From IMG/VR virus record IMGVR_UViG_3300029142_000008, positions 1 to 42,615 of that record: DNA of 42,615 nucleotides. The stretch is one strand, 5' to 3'. Numbering within the stretch: the first letter of the stretch is position 1; every line of letters begins with the position of its first letter. Below are positions 33,054-42,193 of the stretch, one piece after another. The notes under the pieces are model-generated. The model saw nothing but the letters and a program-made list of their open reading frames with translations. It was not told the origin of the DNA and ran no database searches. The DNA is from a virus. Taxonomy: Duplodnaviria; Caudoviricetes. The translations under genes were made by a program, and so were the position numbers.

Positions 33054-34959
33054 CTTTGAAGTCTTGAATTACCTTTTGATCCTCTGGAATTATAGCACCA
33101 CTCTTCTTTAGAAGGCTAGCAATCTTGTCATCTTCTGTTTCCATTTCCGGCTGAACGGCTTGTTGCGGCTCTTCACGCTGCTTGAGCACCGTCTTTGGAA
33201 GGTCAGAAAGAGATCGTAGGTATTCAGCCATTCCAAATGGATCAACTGCATCTGGAGTGAGGGTGGTCATTTGTTCAACAGTTTCCATCTTCATGTTCTT
33301 CTCAAGCTGGTCAGAGATGGCAATATTTCCAACGTTCAAGATTGGCTCGAAGTCGTGATCAATGTCCTCACCCTTGTACTCAAACGTGTGTGATCCTTGC
33401 GCTTCTTCCTCAATAAAGGCAGTTGGCGTCTTCTCGTTTCTTGAGCGGAAAAGCTTGCTCCCTTCGGTGGTAACCTGCTTCACTCCATCTTTGTTTCCAA
33501 ACTGAGGGGCTCGCAGGTGAAGGCGTAAAATGTTCGCATTGATTCGGTGAAGCCTCTTGAGGCCAGCAACGGTGTTTAAGTAAAGCCCTAGGTCAACAAG
33601 AGCAACCTGAGATTCCTTCCGAACAACCGTTTTAGTGGCGGTTTCATCGGAAGGTGGAGATGTGGTGTCTTTGATGTTGATACCACTCACCATAGTCACA
33701 TCATTGTCCGTCATTTCATCCAGTCTGAGCGGCGCATCCAAGTTGGACACGATTGGGATGGGTGCCATGTCATTTGGCGCAACACGGACAAAATCTTGCC
33801 CAAATGTGTATGTTTCTTCACTGAACGTAGAAAGGGGGTCTACTGCCAATGTTGGCTTAGCACCCTTCTTGGTGACATCGTAAATGAGGTTTCTGTTTTT
33901 ATTCTTGATTTCGCGGAATGCCTTGATCACTGCAGGCTCACCGTACCCATATGGTTGCCCGGGAATTTTGTTGTCAATAATCAGAGCGAGAGGGATCTTC
34001 TTTTTCCCTCGGAAACTTCTCATTGGAATTGGAGACCTGCGAACGGTCACACCGTTCAGCATCACGTCATAAGTGTCTGTGATTTCATTGTAGCAATTCA
34101 TCGCCTCATAAAAACTCTTCGCATCACCTCCATTGAGCTCATTAATATCCTGGAAAAGCTGTTTCTTAGGCATTGCCTTGATTCCAAGCGCGTCAAAATC
34201 GACATCCGAAAACTCCTTCTTGGCTCGGTCCTCTGTGTAGTATTCCGTCACAATTGCATCCTCACAATCCCCAAGGCTCGACATTGTACACCCGTCATCC
34301 AGGAGGACATGACGCAGGTCCATTGTGGTAGTTCTAAACTCACGAACCTGGTGAGTCTTTTTTGTATATGTAACCTGGCCATCATCGCTAACTGATGGCT
34401 CTTGGATTGTGTTTTCAAAGCTCACCATTCTTGACCAGCGAATTGCGCTCCCAAAAATATTCTTCTGGAGCATTGTTTCAAAATCTTCATAATCTGCCTC
34501 TGCTTCGTCCATCGCCTGTGCGTACACACTCTTCCAGAGCTTGGCTGGACTTTGGTCATCTGCCCCGGGAATTCTCCAGTCTGGAGTTGGCAAGTTCTTA
34601 ATTTCTGCCGCAAGCTTCCTCATGACAACTGCGAACTCTAGAGGGTAGCGCATGTCAGTAAATTTGAACCCATATGTGGCATATTTGCTGTTGTAGTACC
34701 CCTGCAGTTCTGGCGCAGTGTCTGGGTCAAAAGAAAGTCGTTCACTCTGATCACCCTGAACGGCGAAGGCAACAAAAGAAAAGAGCCCATCCCTCCAGAT
34801 GTTCTCAAAGTGTTCTCGACGAATCTTCATTTCAGATGCACGCTGGAGCCAGTGGTGAGACGGGCTTTCCACCTCCTCCTTGCTACCATCCGCATTGACA
34901 ACAGTGATCTTGTCTTCTTTGAAGTCGGAAAGGTCACGATCGTAGTATTTTCTTGCCAT
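32971..34959 (-). CDS. portal protein (P22-like)
   Basis: 662 aa; IFGSAI, PGQPYGYG, NKNRNLIYD, VSGIN...ETAT; synteny after terL. Confidence 0.82.
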   Translation of the reverse strand: MARKYYDRDLSDFKEDKITVVNADGSKEEVESPSHHWLQRASEMKIRREHFENIWRDGLFSFVAFAVQGDQSERLSFDPDTAPELQGYYNSKYATYGFKFTDMRYPLEFAVVMRKLAAEIKNLPTPDWRIPGADDQSPAKLWKSVYAQAMDEAEADYEDFETMLQKNIFGSAIRWSRMVSFENTIQEPSVSDDGQVTYTKKTHQVREFRTTTMDLRHVLLDDGCTMSSLGDCEDAIVTEYYTEDRAKKEFSDVDFDALGIKAMPKKQLFQDINELNGGDAKSFYEAMNCYNEITDTYDVMLNGVTVRRSPIPMRSFRGKKKIPLALIIDNKIPGQPYGYGEPAVIKAFREIKNKNRNLIYDVTKKGAKPTLAVDPLSTFSEETYTFGQDFVRVAPNDMAPIPIVSNLDAPLRLDEMTDNDVTMVSGINIKDTTSPPSDETATKTVVRKESQVALVDLGLYLNTVAGLKRLHRINANILRLHLRAPQFGNKDGVKQVTTEGSKLFRSRNEKTPTAFIEEEAQGSHTFEYKGEDIDHDFEPILNVGNIAISDQLEKNMKMETVEQMTTLTPDAVDPFGMAEYLRSLSDLPKTVLKQREEPQQAVQPEMETEDDKIASLLKKSGAIIPEDQKVIQDFKDAKKNQIMAEGATSPEGMGGEGAPPSV

Positions 34960-35378
34960 TATTCAGCTTTGTTATCAGATGAAGGACGATGTTTTGTTTG
35001 CAGGTGAGCAATCATCTCTGCATTCTTTTTGTCCGAAAGGTACTCAAATTTGTTTACTCCAATGTCAGTGCCAGCTTCCTCAGGGATAATGATCAAAATA
35101 GGAATTCCCTTTGAGTTAAAAAGCGTTTCTCGCGGGAGATCATCTTCACTAAAGAAGTACTCCTCCTGGGTGTCTGCGAGATCCCACACTGATAGCAGCG
35201 GCAAATATCTAAACTTCTCAGCGCGGTTTGGCGTGTACTTCTTGTTTGACTCCGCAACCAAAGAATTCAGATAGGGCAAAAGAGCAGAGTGCTTAATGGA
35301 AAGTACCTGTTCTACGTTCACCCCCTTGTCACTTGTAAAAGTATTGGTGATGCGCACCTGAGCGGTGGATTCTGACAT
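34959..35378 (-). CDS. hypothetical protein between terL and portal (start placed at MSEST)
   Basis: TAACC leader; TAATG overlap with the portal start. Confidence 0.7.
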   Translation of the reverse strand: MSESTAQVRITNTFTSDKGVNVEQVLSIKHSALLPYLNSLVAESNKKYTPNRAEKFRYLPLLSVWDLADTQEEYFFSEDDLPRETLFNSKGIPILIIIPEEAGTDIGVNKFEYLSDKKNAEMIAHLQTKHRPSSDNKAE

Positions 35379-35401
35379 AAGCACTGGTTAGGCTATTTGC
35401 T

Positions 35402-35434
35402 CATTCATTCACTCACTCCTTTACACTCATTATA
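35402..35434 (-). promoter_or_regulatory. -10 box followed by ARTG repeats at the head of the portal operon
   Basis: TATAAT at 35429-35434 with no good -35; plus strand catt catt cact cact at 35402-35417. Confidence 0.5.
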
Positions 35435-35442
35435 GGCCAAGC

Positions 35443-37119
35443 CTACCAATTTGGGGAAGTCTTCTTTTGCTTCAGCTTGTCTCTCAGCTTCTCCTCTTGT
35501 GTTTTGGGCTGCTTGGGCTCTACGGCATAGTCAAAAATGTAGGTGGCAATGGCCAAAGAAATCACGGCATCGTCGTGACAACCCTCTTGCGCCTGGTACT
35601 TCCCCTTTTCGTCCCTCACAAACGTCATACACTCCAAGATGGTGTTTTCGTCATTGAGCGCAAACTCACCCTCATTGATCCAGTCTGCAAGCTTGTCGAG
35701 CACAACTGCACGCGTCCTATTATTTGTGTGAAACCCGAGCTTGTACTCTCCTCGCTCACTTTGGCGGTCCACGGTTCTTCTCATAAACAAAGACGGATAC
35801 ATGATGTCTTTCTGCAAAACACGGTTTGTGGTGATCCCACCTTTATTCACCTCAATCCCAACAAATGCGCATGAATGGGCACCACCATAAAAATATCCAA
35901 GCCTGGCTGCATCATAGGCGAACTCTGTTGGGTTGATTTTACCCCTAAGCGTGGCACAAAGGTCTCCAGACCCCTTCTCCAAAACCTGCAAAACAGAGTA
36001 ATCCGAATTGGGCGTACCCTTCGCCGTATCCCCCCCAATGACATAGGTTTTCTTTGGATTTGGCCATTTGTAGATGCGCAAATGACCCTTGTGATGTTTG
36101 TTCAGCTCTGGCGTCTTTACCTTGGCAGCGGTGTTCTCTGAATCCAAATTTCCAACCCATCTGGGCTTTGGACAGTAATCGTGATAGATGTTGAGGTTCT
36201 GCATATTGAACTTCGGCGCACCCGAAACGATGAACGCCTCCCTGTCCGAAGAGGGGTATTCTTGCTTGAATTTATTCTCATCCCCTCCACACTTATTTGC
36301 AATCGCCCAACGCCTCCAGTTCAGCTGGTCGTTCGTAAGCCCATACATCTCTTTAAGATCTTCTTCCTCCTGGGTTGGCTTGAAATCATCCGGGGCTTTC
36401 CGGGAGTACTCCGGAAACAAGTGCCACGGCAAGAAGATAGCCTCAAAATCATTCTCACCTCGCTTTGCGGCCCAGTACATGTTGTAGAAATACCCCCCCA
36501 CACCATTTGCCGTGGACTCCAAAATAACCGTGGTGTCTGGATGATCTGGAATTTCCTGCAGAGCGGCGAGCATAAGACGCTCTGCATCGGGCCAGAATGC
36601 CACCTCAGAAGCGTGAAAGTTTTGTGCTGTAGACCCACGCTGCTCCTTTTTGTTTGCCGTCGCAACCTGAAGGCTTGAGCGCAGCCCAGGCTTCACTTTC
36701 CGCTCTTCATCATCTGGATTCTCAAACACAAGCCGTTTCGCACTGTCATAGCGCTTCACCGGGGTGGCACTTGCAGGCAAATTATCATAAAAAAGCTTCG
36801 TCATCTCAAAGATTGAGCTGGTTGAATCAGGATCATGGGCAACAATCTTGGACTTCCTGTTTTCCCTGGTTGCCGTATCGTGAAAGATTAGAGCCTCTGA
36901 ATACGTTGAAATCCCCTGCTGCCGGGCCTTCAGGATAACAAGCTTCACGGGAATGTTGTTCTTCCGAAGCTCCTTCACCCGATTGTGAACAATTCTTTGC
37001 GCAGCATTCATTTTGAGGGGCACAATCTCACCCTTCTTTGTTTTGATCTTGAGTAGCTTTCGCGCATACCACTCGAAATCACTGAGGTATTTTTTCTTTT
37101 CTTTATTGCTGAGTGCCAT
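35443..37119 (-). CDS. terL: terminase large subunit
   Basis: ILKARQQGIST (Walker A), FHASEVAFW (Walker B), ILESTANG, FKQEYP, YVIGGDTAKG...DYS, HDDAVISLAIA. Confidence 0.95.
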   Translation of the reverse strand: MALSNKEKKKYLSDFEWYARKLLKIKTKKGEIVPLKMNAAQRIVHNRVKELRKNNIPVKLVILKARQQGISTYSEALIFHDTATRENRKSKIVAHDPDSTSSIFEMTKLFYDNLPASATPVKRYDSAKRLVFENPDDEERKVKPGLRSSLQVATANKKEQRGSTAQNFHASEVAFWPDAERLMLAALQEIPDHPDTTVILESTANGVGGYFYNMYWAAKRGENDFEAIFLPWHLFPEYSRKAPDDFKPTQEEEDLKEMYGLTNDQLNWRRWAIANKCGGDENKFKQEYPSSDREAFIVSGAPKFNMQNLNIYHDYCPKPRWVGNLDSENTAAKVKTPELNKHHKGHLRIYKWPNPKKTYVIGGDTAKGTPNSDYSVLQVLEKGSGDLCATLRGKINPTEFAYDAARLGYFYGGAHSCAFVGIEVNKGGITTNRVLQKDIMYPSLFMRRTVDRQSERGEYKLGFHTNNRTRAVVLDKLADWINEGEFALNDENTILECMTFVRDEKGKYQAQEGCHDDAVISLAIATYIFDYAVEPKQPKTQEEKLRDKLKQKKTSPNW

Positions 37120-37387
37120 TGTTTCTATTGTTCAATTGGGAATAACGCCTGTTTATTTCAAAAGCCATGTTTGTCAGATCTTGTGGGGACGATGCGCCGG
37201 AAATGCTCACACACGACGCCATTCTTTGTTTCTCCTCATCAATCACAGCAAATGAGACAAGACACCTCCTACCAACATATCGCTCCAGCGTGCTCACGAA
37301 AACCTTCGAGGCTTTGACCATCTCTTTGAGGGCCTTGTCCTTGTCGTCACCACTAGAGCTTGTTGTCTTTGGAGGAGTCCATCGCAT
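37103..37387 (-). CDS. hypothetical protein
   Basis: ORF track; tight packing. Confidence 0.55.
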   Translation of the reverse strand: MRWTPPKTTSSSGDDKDKALKEMVKASKVFVSTLERYVGRRCLVSFAVIDEEKQRMASCVSISGASSPQDLTNMAFEINRRYSQLNNRNNGTQQ

Positions 37388-37619
37388 AGTTTTTGATCAC
37401 CCTTATGAATTTAGTTACCCCCTCTATATTTGGAGGCGAAACATACCAGCCCCGCTCCCTGAAGTAGAAATCTACTTGTTTCACCATGCTCATGCGCTCG
37501 GAGCTCATTTCGAGCGCAACAACCTCCTTAATCCTGGCCATGCTTGCCTGGTCAATGTCTAAAGCTGCACCAAGACGGTCCAGTTTAGTCTTCCATAAAA
37601 CGTTTGAGTCGTTTTGCAT
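37353..37619 (-). CDS. hypothetical protein
   Basis: ORF track; tight packing. Confidence 0.55.
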   Translation of the reverse strand: MQNDSNVLWKTKLDRLGAALDIDQASMARIKEVVALEMSSERMSMVKQVDFYFRERGWYVSPPNIEGVTKFIRVIKNYAMDSSKDNKL

Positions 37620-37800
37620 AAATTTCTGGTTTAATTATAACATATCCTGGCTCGCGCCAATTTGACTGCCACACCCCACATGAACACCTGTATGGCATGC
37701 CAAGGCTATTGTCTCCAAACAATCGCTCTTTGCACTTGGGGCAATGTGGAGCTCGAGCTTTTACGGCCCTCCACACCGGCCATATTCTTTTTTCAGTCAT
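37585..37800 (-). CDS. zinc-ribbon protein
   Basis: CPKCK...CSCG; ATGA overlap. Confidence 0.6.
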   Translation of the reverse strand: MTEKRIWPVWRAVKARAPHCPKCKERLFGDNSLGMPYRCSCGVWQSNWREPGYVIIKPEIYAKRLKRFMED

Positions 37801-38132
37801 AAAAGCTTTAGCCTGTTAATTGTATCATCCGGCGTGTGCCCATCAAACTCTGGGGCCAGCACCAATGTTTTTGCAAAATACGCCTCATCCCACCTAGAGA
37901 GAGGTAAGTGGTATGTGATCTGCTCTCCAGCCTCAAAACCAATACCCATGACAAACCACCCCTCCCACATTGTTCCATCTGAATGCTTCTTTGAACGCCA
38001 AACCCTTTTTCTACTCAAAAACCTACCAAGAGCCAAAAACAAGGTGATTCTGTGGTCATAGAGCTCATCAAAGGTATGGTACCCATCGCAAACACATGGG
38101 TCTTTTGAGCATTTCGGAGCGTGATCTTTCAT
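37797..38132 (-). CDS. conserved phage protein, WDGH-like family
   Basis: DGYHTFDELYDHR...WRSKKHSDG...GWFVMGI...QITYHLP...APEFDGHT. Confidence 0.75.
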   Translation of the reverse strand: MKDHAPKCSKDPCVCDGYHTFDELYDHRITLFLALGRFLSRKRVWRSKKHSDGTMWEGWFVMGIGFEAGEQITYHLPLSRWDEAYFAKTLVLAPEFDGHTPDDTINRLKLL

Positions 38133-38317
38133 TTGCTTAATTGGTCACAAATTTTAAGAAAGTTTTTGTATGAGGTGCATGCAGAGTGCTTCAGCGCACG
38201 CCTGATCACCTGAGGCGAGTAGGTGTCGCGCACATGGGCAAATTTTCCAGGAAAGTTGTCTTTATCCTGCTTTTTAAGCCACGCCATCAAAACCTGCTTG
38301 GTTGTCCTTTTGGTCAT
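38129..38317 (-). CDS. small basic hypothetical protein (start placed at MTKRTT)
   Basis: Part of track ORF 38129..38365; ATGA overlap downstream. Confidence 0.5.
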   Translation of the reverse strand: MTKRTTKQVLMAWLKKQDKDNFPGKFAHVRDTYSPQVIRRALKHSACTSYKNFLKICDQLSK

Positions 38318-38615
38318 GTTGAATGTTTTTAATTGCCCAGGACATACTTTTGATGTCATGCGCATTTGATTCTACCTTTGAGGCAAGATTGAGAACATCC
38401 TTCTTCTCCATTAGCCTACCCACCTCAACAAAGATCTTCTCCCAACTTGGCGTTACCACAACAAGATTGTCATCATAGCGGCCAGCCTTCTTGACCCAGC
38501 CAAATGTTTTCCCGAACTCCTCTCGAAGCCGTTGATCCTCAGCTATCTGGCTGGCCTGCTGAGACTCAAGCACTGCAACCCTCTTTATAAGCTCCTCCTT
38601 GGTGATTTTAGACAT
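38274..38615 (-). CDS. coiled-coil hypothetical protein (start placed at MSKITK)
   Basis: TAACC leader. Confidence 0.65.
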   Translation of the reverse strand: MSKITKEELIKRVAVLESQQASQIAEDQRLREEFGKTFGWVKKAGRYDDNLVVVTPSWEKIFVEVGRLMEKKDVLNLASKVESNAHDIKSMSWAIKNIQHDQKDNQAGFDGVA

Positions 38616-38625
38616 TTTGAATGGG

Positions 38626-38862
38626 TTATGAACGCCTACCCCGGCCATAAATCTTCATTCGAGCACTTCCTGCTGTTTTGAAGTCATGAACCTTTACTGG
38701 GACGGTTTTGCTTGCGAATTTTTGTTTTAGCCGATCACAATCATGGTATTCCTTGGCAACGCGTGCATTCATGCGAGATGCAGAGCAATCCAAACATTTC
38801 CACCCAGCCTGCACCTGCTTTACTCGCCGACCATGTTTGTTTTTCACAATTCTTTTTATCAT
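38626..38862 (-). CDS. basic zinc-finger-like protein
   Basis: CLDC...HDC; ATGA overlap. Confidence 0.55.
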   Translation of the reverse strand: MIKRIVKNKHGRRVKQVQAGWKCLDCSASRMNARVAKEYHDCDRLKQKFASKTVPVKVHDFKTAGSARMKIYGRGRRS

Positions 38863-39515
38863 TTCTTTTTTTTCTTACTTCCACATTTAACACAAAGCTT
38901 GGAATTTCTCGAGGCGGCAGCACACTTGCACTTGATGCAATAATTAACAGCACGGTCTTTGTTCATTTGCGCAGGCTTGCGCAGTACAACCGCCGTTGGA
39001 GCTGCACTCACAAGCTTCGGCTCAACCTTATTCATTTCACAAATATACTTCTTTGCGTGTTTTCCTAACTTTGCCTTAAGGCAGTCCTCACAAAACTCGT
39101 AGTCCTCGCCATTCTCATAAAACTTATAAAGTTGTTTTGACTTTCCACACATCCCACAAGGGCTGTGCTCACATGGAGGTCCGATGTAGGATGTCACATC
39201 CTTGCCTCCCGCATCTATAGCTACAGTTCCACGGCCAGCCTGGATGCCGTCAATCATCTCTTGAAGCTCCACTTGGCCAGGCAGGGGGTCGCCTTCGCAC
39301 AAGTCTTTGAATGGGCGTTTCATATTTTTATAATCTGGTCGTGGGTCATAAATCATGGTGCTTCTTCCTTTGATCACTGCAGTCACCTCCTCTTCACTTT
39401 TCTCAATTAAACAAAGCACCCTGTCTCTCACCTCAAATACCTCCCCCTGCTCCATTCGGTCAAGAATCCCCTTTAAGTTTGTGCGCAGCTCGCGGAATGT
39501 GAGTTTATTTGTCAT
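38859..39515 (-). CDS. protein with Phd/YefM-like N-terminus and C-terminal Cys clusters
   Basis: LTFRELRTNLKGILDRMEQGEVFEV; CGMC, CEDC, CIKC, CVKC. Confidence 0.65.
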   Translation of the reverse strand: MTNKLTFRELRTNLKGILDRMEQGEVFEVRDRVLCLIEKSEEEVTAVIKGRSTMIYDPRPDYKNMKRPFKDLCEGDPLPGQVELQEMIDGIQAGRGTVAIDAGGKDVTSYIGPPCEHSPCGMCGKSKQLYKFYENGEDYEFCEDCLKAKLGKHAKKYICEMNKVEPKLVSAAPTAVVLRKPAQMNKDRAVNYCIKCKCAAASRNSKLCVKCGSKKKKK

Positions 39516-39687
39516 AAATCAACTGGCAATTTTATATTTGGATTCAGGGCCACAACTGCGTCAATCCACTTAAGTAAGTTGGCTAGATCTACCCCATTTC
39601 TTTCGCATTGGCAATTACGAGCTCCGCAAGGATCTGACCAGGAAAACTCATAGTTCTTTTCAATAATTTGTGACGGCTTTGGACTCA

Positions 39688-39864
39688 TCATTTATTTGTT
39701 AAGGGTACCTGGCCGCCCACCAACTGTTTGTAGATCCCACACTCCTTCACCACATCGGAATTTGGGCACAAATCCCTGCGTGCAAGCTCACAATGCCTTG
39801 CCGTCGCGCAAACCTCCTTGGCTCGATCAAAACCTACTGGCCTCGTTTTTCTTTCTTTTCCCAT
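39688..39864 (-). CDS. small Cys-containing protein (58 aa; not in ORF track)
   Basis: Manual translation MGKERKTRPVGFDRAKEVCATARHCELARRDLCPNSDVVKECGIYKQLVGGQVPLTNK. Confidence 0.45.
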   Translation of the reverse strand: MGKERKTRPVGFDRAKEVCATARHCELARRDLCPNSDVVKECGIYKQLVGGQVPLTNK

Positions 39865-40301
39865 GCTGAAATAAGGTAAGAGAATAATTCAAATGCGGCC
39901 TTGGTCTCATTTACTTCATCCGGCCGGTCGATGAATTCAAAAAATATATGCTGAAGAGAGTGATCCATGGACCCACATGAAGACCAATGCTCCATGACGT
40001 CCAAAGTGTGCATGGCTATCTCATTGTCATCACTCTGGACAAGTATCTCATTCAAAGCCCAGCCTATCTTCACAGGATGCCCAAATATATTCACTGCCTC
40101 CAGCGTAGTGTCCCACACCTTGTCACCATCAAAAAACGTGATGTCCTCACCTCTCTGCTTCAGCAGCGTGTACACAATTGGCCGCCCAGTTGCTGTTTTG
40201 AACTGCTTGAGCTCAACCAAACATCCAACCGAAGGGGTCAAATTAGCCACCTCACGGATAAAATCCCGGATCTTTTCAGCACTTGGAGGCTCTTCATTCA
40301 T
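39834..40301 (-). CDS. hypothetical protein, paralogue of 41173-41688
   Basis: GCLV...IFGHPVKIG...W...G...SL...ELFSYL. Confidence 0.7.
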   Translation of the reverse strand: MNEEPPSAEKIRDFIREVANLTPSVGCLVELKQFKTATGRPIVYTLLKQRGEDITFFDGDKVWDTTLEAVNIFGHPVKIGWALNEILVQSDDNEIAMHTLDVMEHWSSCGSMDHSLQHIFFEFIDRPDEVNETKAAFELFSYLISAWEKKEKRGQ

Positions 40302-40323
40302 GAGTTCGAATAACGTTAAACAG

Positions 40324-40352
40324 ATTGTAGCCTATCTACCCTCTTGTGCCAA
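40324..40352 (-). promoter_or_regulatory. sigma70-type promoter candidate
   Basis: TTGGCA-17 nt-TACAAT, 22 nt upstream of the ATG at 40301. Confidence 0.6.
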
Positions 40353-40489
40353 GGGGTTAGTATGCTTGTAGCAGTTTGTACGCATGACACTCCGGATTAT
40401 CGCAAATCACAAAGGGCTCAAAACCAAACTCTGTTACCACTTGCACCTGAGACATCTGCCACCTTTTGCAGTGTACGCACTGATCAAGG

Positions 40490-40729
40490 CTATCTGTTTT
40501 TCTGGACATTTTTGCGGTTTTTAAGAATAAAGTTCTGCACTTTCTTGTGCGTAATGATTCTTTGCTCATCTGGCGTGTGAAGCCTTGCCTCCATTGGGGT
40601 ATACCCCTCAATCACGCCAAGATGCCGAACCATAGTTAAGTTACTCTGGATCTCGGAAAGAATCTCTATGGCTTCTTCAAGCTTTTCGATTTCTGGCTCT
40701 GCGTCAAAGTCAAACAGATCAATCCTCAT
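40490..40729 (-). CDS. hypothetical protein
   Basis: 79-aa ORF with TAAACC leader. Confidence 0.6.
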   Translation of the reverse strand: MRIDLFDFDAEPEIEKLEEAIEILSEIQSNLTMVRHLGVIEGYTPMEARLHTPDEQRIITHKKVQNFILKNRKNVQKNR

Positions 40730-40873
40730 GGCTCATTCGGTTTATTGCGTCTCTTTTCCCTAGTGCATACGCCATTTGCATCAAATCTTGAAACTCCTGC
40801 CGTAGCTCTGGGAGAAGTTTGTCCTCGAAAATCCTGGAATTTTGCAAAACGACATCTATCGTGACTTCAGTTT

Positions 40874-41176
40874 TCATTCTTTAGGAGTTAGATCGTCTAA
40901 ATTTACTTTGGACAGAGCTTCCCTCCAGTCGGGATTGAGCAAAAACGTAAGTCCATCATCAGACAAATACATTTCTTCCTCCAGAGCATTAATGCATCCC
41001 TCCACCGCCTCTCTTCGGCCACGCTCGTACATTATGCGGCCAACATTACCTTCTTTCAATCCGCGTTCGTAGGCTTTGCGAACAAAGGCCTCAATGTCAT
41101 TTGTGCACCACTCACCTGCTTCATTTTTCACGAGGAAGGCCTCTAGCTCCTCCTCCCAGGTATTTGTGTTAGTCAT
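40874..41176 (-). CDS. hypothetical protein (start placed at MTNTNT)
   Basis: ATGA overlap with upstream stop; AYERG/MYERG internal repeat. Confidence 0.65.
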   Translation of the reverse strand: MTNTNTWEEELEAFLVKNEAGEWCTNDIEAFVRKAYERGLKEGNVGRIMYERGRREAVEGCINALEEEMYLSDDGLTFLLNPDWREALSKVNLDDLTPKE

Positions 41177-41688
41177 TTTGCAAGATTTAACGAAAGTAAA
41201 AACTCGAATAGCTCTCGGTGGTGTTTTTGCTTGGGTACCTGCCACAATGGAGCAAGGTTGTCGATGACACCGCCTGATGCACGAACGCCAGCCAAATATG
41301 CCTCTTTAATAGCTTCATCTTCAACCCACTCAACTTCATTTACCATCTCTTTGAGGGATTTGGTGAAGCCCAGCCACCGCCAAGTGTCGCAAAGACTTCT
41401 GCATTGCTCACTATTGAAATGGATACTAGCGGAACCATCTTGCCATAATCTCTCAAGCACATCCCCAATGAGGATTGGGTGGCCGAGGATTTGATAATCC
41501 GCTTCTTCATTCACCTCCAAGTAAAGGTTCTCCTCTTGCCGGTAGAGGCGGTTGAACTGCCGCTTCTTATTGTCCATGTAATTCTCGTACATGAAAACGT
41601 ATTCTTCTCCTCTTGCCTTCACCCTGCACCCAAAGGTCAGGGATTTATCCGCAAGAGAATCTATGAGTTGTTCAATTTGTTTCTTCAT
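41173..41688 (-). CDS. hypothetical protein, paralogue of 39834-40301
   Basis: GCRV...ILGHPILIG...W...G...SL...ELFEFL. Confidence 0.7.
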   Translation of the reverse strand: MKKQIEQLIDSLADKSLTFGCRVKARGEEYVFMYENYMDNKKRQFNRLYRQEENLYLEVNEEADYQILGHPILIGDVLERLWQDGSASIHFNSEQCRSLCDTWRWLGFTKSLKEMVNEVEWVEDEAIKEAYLAGVRASGGVIDNLAPLWQVPKQKHHRELFEFLLSLNLAK

Positions 41689-41700
41689 AAGGTTTAAGTG

Positions 41701-41949
41701 TTATTGGGGTGGGTTTTTGTAAAAGGCGTATATTCTTTTGGCGTGACCAATACAGCCCCATCTCGGGTCGTAACAGCCCCTCCTCTTGCATGAGCATTCG
41801 GTCGCAGGGGCTAAAGTTGACGCCCTCCAGCCAAACTCGAGCCAGCCTACTCTTTCCTCGTCCCACAAATATCTTGGCTTCAGAAGAAATGCCCGCTCAA
41901 GCCTGTTCGCGCCATGTATTGTTTGTGAGTAGGACCTCATAATAATCAA
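41701..41949 (-). CDS. hypothetical protein
   Basis: 82-aa ORF filling the gap on the coding strand. Confidence 0.45.
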   Translation of the reverse strand: MIIMRSYSQTIHGANRLERAFLLKPRYLWDEERVGWLEFGWRASTLAPATECSCKRRGCYDPRWGCIGHAKRIYAFYKNPPQ

Positions 41950-41969
41950 TTGTTAGTGCCGTGGGGCGG

Positions 41970-42161
41970 TTAAAAGTAACAACGCAGCCTATTTATTTTA
42001 TTCCTTTCCGCGATAGCCTCGGACATCAAACCCCTTTCCATCAAATCATCTATATGATCGGAGAATCTTTGTTCGTCACATGAACTATGATACTCGCCAG
42101 CTCCACCGAATGACGGTTGCCAGAACCAGACTCTTTTGCTACACAATTTGCATTTTTTCAT
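41970..42161 (-). CDS. small Cys/His protein
   Basis: CKLC...HSSC. Confidence 0.55.
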   Translation of the reverse strand: MKKCKLCSKRVWFWQPSFGGAGEYHSSCDEQRFSDHIDDLMERGLMSEAIAERNKINRLRCYF

Positions 42162-42193
42162 TCCTTATAGGTGTTAGGCCACAAAGGGCGGGG

